Shown here: positions 62,746 through 64,000 of the stretch, in pieces
Layout of the letters: the number at the start of each line of letters is the position of its first letter
Position numbering within the stretch: position 1 is the stretch's first letter
Source of the DNA: Vicugna vicugna
Taxonomy: Eukaryota
Assembly (NCBI GenBank): GCA_013265495.1
Contig: MU062839.1
Span: 11,322,210-11,386,209, forward strand
Direction: 5' to 3'
Length of the DNA: 64,000 bases
The notes under the pieces: model-generated
What the model was told of the DNA's origin: nothing
The model's input: the letters and a program-made list of their open reading frames with translations, nothing else
Database searches by the model: none
Position numbers and translations under genes: made by a program

Positions 62746-63689
62746 AAATCGACGCACCTATACTAACAAAAATAACTCAGCAAGATACGGTCACTCTCTG
62801 TGTTTTTGAAATTGGATATTTAATTTATCTGGAGATAAAATGCCATTCTTTTATCAAGGAAGATAGGTTTTGAACCCATAATTGGGAAAATGTGAACTCA
62901 GAAAATAATTTCATGTTTGAGTTACTATGTAATGCTTAAAGGGAAAAAAATCATCTTCTCTTAGTGTGAAATGATAATGCTTGCCTAAGTTGTTTATTTT
63001 TCCAAAATGTTTTGAAATTACTCTGTGGGTCTGGGGGAAGGAGGCTGGAGAACTTACAGATTTCATGTGTCGGGGTGAAGGGGGATTTTTGAAGAATTAG
63101 AATGTAACTTTCAGGAGCCTTTTCCATCTCTAGTGGAGATCACAGAGACAAAGAGATATCTTAAAAATATTGGTGGGAGAGAGTGTGAAGTATATGCCTA
63201 GATAGTCTTTCTTTATTATTATTTTTAATGATTCTCAGAGAAGATTCTTAAGCTTTTGGGGAGGAGAGGGACTTCTTTCTCTCATTTAACATGCTTTTAT
63301 TCTGAAGAAATCAAACCGATTGCTTTGCAAAGTCAATTTTTCTTGATTTTCATGGTGGAGATAAAGACTAGTTGTGGATATCATTTGAGCCAAAGTGCTC
63401 AAAGACTTGACTCATTTCTTGATATCTTCCTCCAAGCCCTCATTTAATATTTTCCCAAAGGCTTTACTTTCCAATTGATGTTCCATGGTTGTGGCTTTCT
63501 TCTTAATTCTGATTCTGTTTCTCTAGCCCGTAATCAAACAAGTACCTTAATGTCTAACATATCTTAGCACCGTGAGCCTACCTTGAGATTTCAGAGTAAA
63601 TAGACAGAAAGTTAGCGTTCTCAAAAACTGCCCAGGAAATAAAAGATGAGATTTCACCACGCTGAATATTGTAGGAATGTCATTTGATG

Positions 63690-64000
63690 TCTTACTCATT
63701 CTCTCCATGTTTACTGGGTGCCTGCTATATGCCGGGCACTGCCTAGGCAATGGACGCTCAGTGGGGAGTAAAGTCGGATTTAGTCCCTTTTCTCATTGTG
63801 CTTATGTTCTAGGAGGAGAAACAGATATTGATCAAATAATTGAAAACAAGTATAAACTTACGAAAAGTGCTATGAAGGAGGGGGAGATGGTGCCCATCAC
63901 TGGAGAGGTCAAGGAAGGCTTCCTCACGTGATCCTAAATAGAGATTTGACAGTGGACTCAGGAGAGGAGCACAGGTAGCAGGCTCTGTGCTGAGATGGAG
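63690..64000 (-). mobile_element. LINE-2 3' relic
   Basis: tgtttactgggtgcctgctatatgccgggcactgcctagg...aaagtgctatgaaggag...ggaaggcttcctc. Confidence 0.8.

Larger units (their letters stand above)
5749..64000 (+). other. CREB5: CREB5 large intron (continues beyond the window)
   Basis: Begins with GTAGGT. The next expected exon (NISMHNAVGG...) was not found by eye, consistent with the roughly 60 kb intron recalled for human. Confidence 0.8.

Noticed and set aside
1-64000. CRISPR arrays, operons, rRNA/snRNA genes, nested or processed pseudogenes, AP-1 site enrichment
   Set aside because: No repeat-spacer arrays or recognisable RNA genes or retrocopies seen. The TGA(C/G)TCA count (about a dozen by eye) is close to chance.

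Overview
Mammalian genomic DNA, about 41% GC, with eight short N-gaps. Three Vic-1-type tRNA-derived SINEs suggest a camelid (alpaca/camel). The window lies inside the CREB5 (CRE-BPa, ATF2 family) gene on the + strand. It contains one confident coding exon, 5627-5748 (122 nt, DQTPTPTRFLKNCEEVGLFNELDCSLEHEFRKAQEEESSKR), preceded by the end of one intron and followed by more than 58 kb of the next. I found no neighbouring CREB5 exons in the window. The rest is intron carrying ordinary mammalian repeats: many MIR and L2 relics, antisense L1 pieces (one about 2.7 kb), MLT1 LTRs, MER2, MER5A, MER119, Tigger13a, an ~1 kb L3/CR1 relic and microsatellites. I see no convincing new multi-gene system. 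The best leads are hypotheses: a frame-preserving 15-nt microexon (18714-18728), several stop- or frameshift-containing cassette-exon candidates, a GC-box/TATA/Inr promoter-like segment near 39.9-40.1 kb, and a STAT/ETS/CRE cluster near 58.8 kb. Repeat family names and exon numbering come from recalled consensus sequences, and repeat boundaries are approximate.
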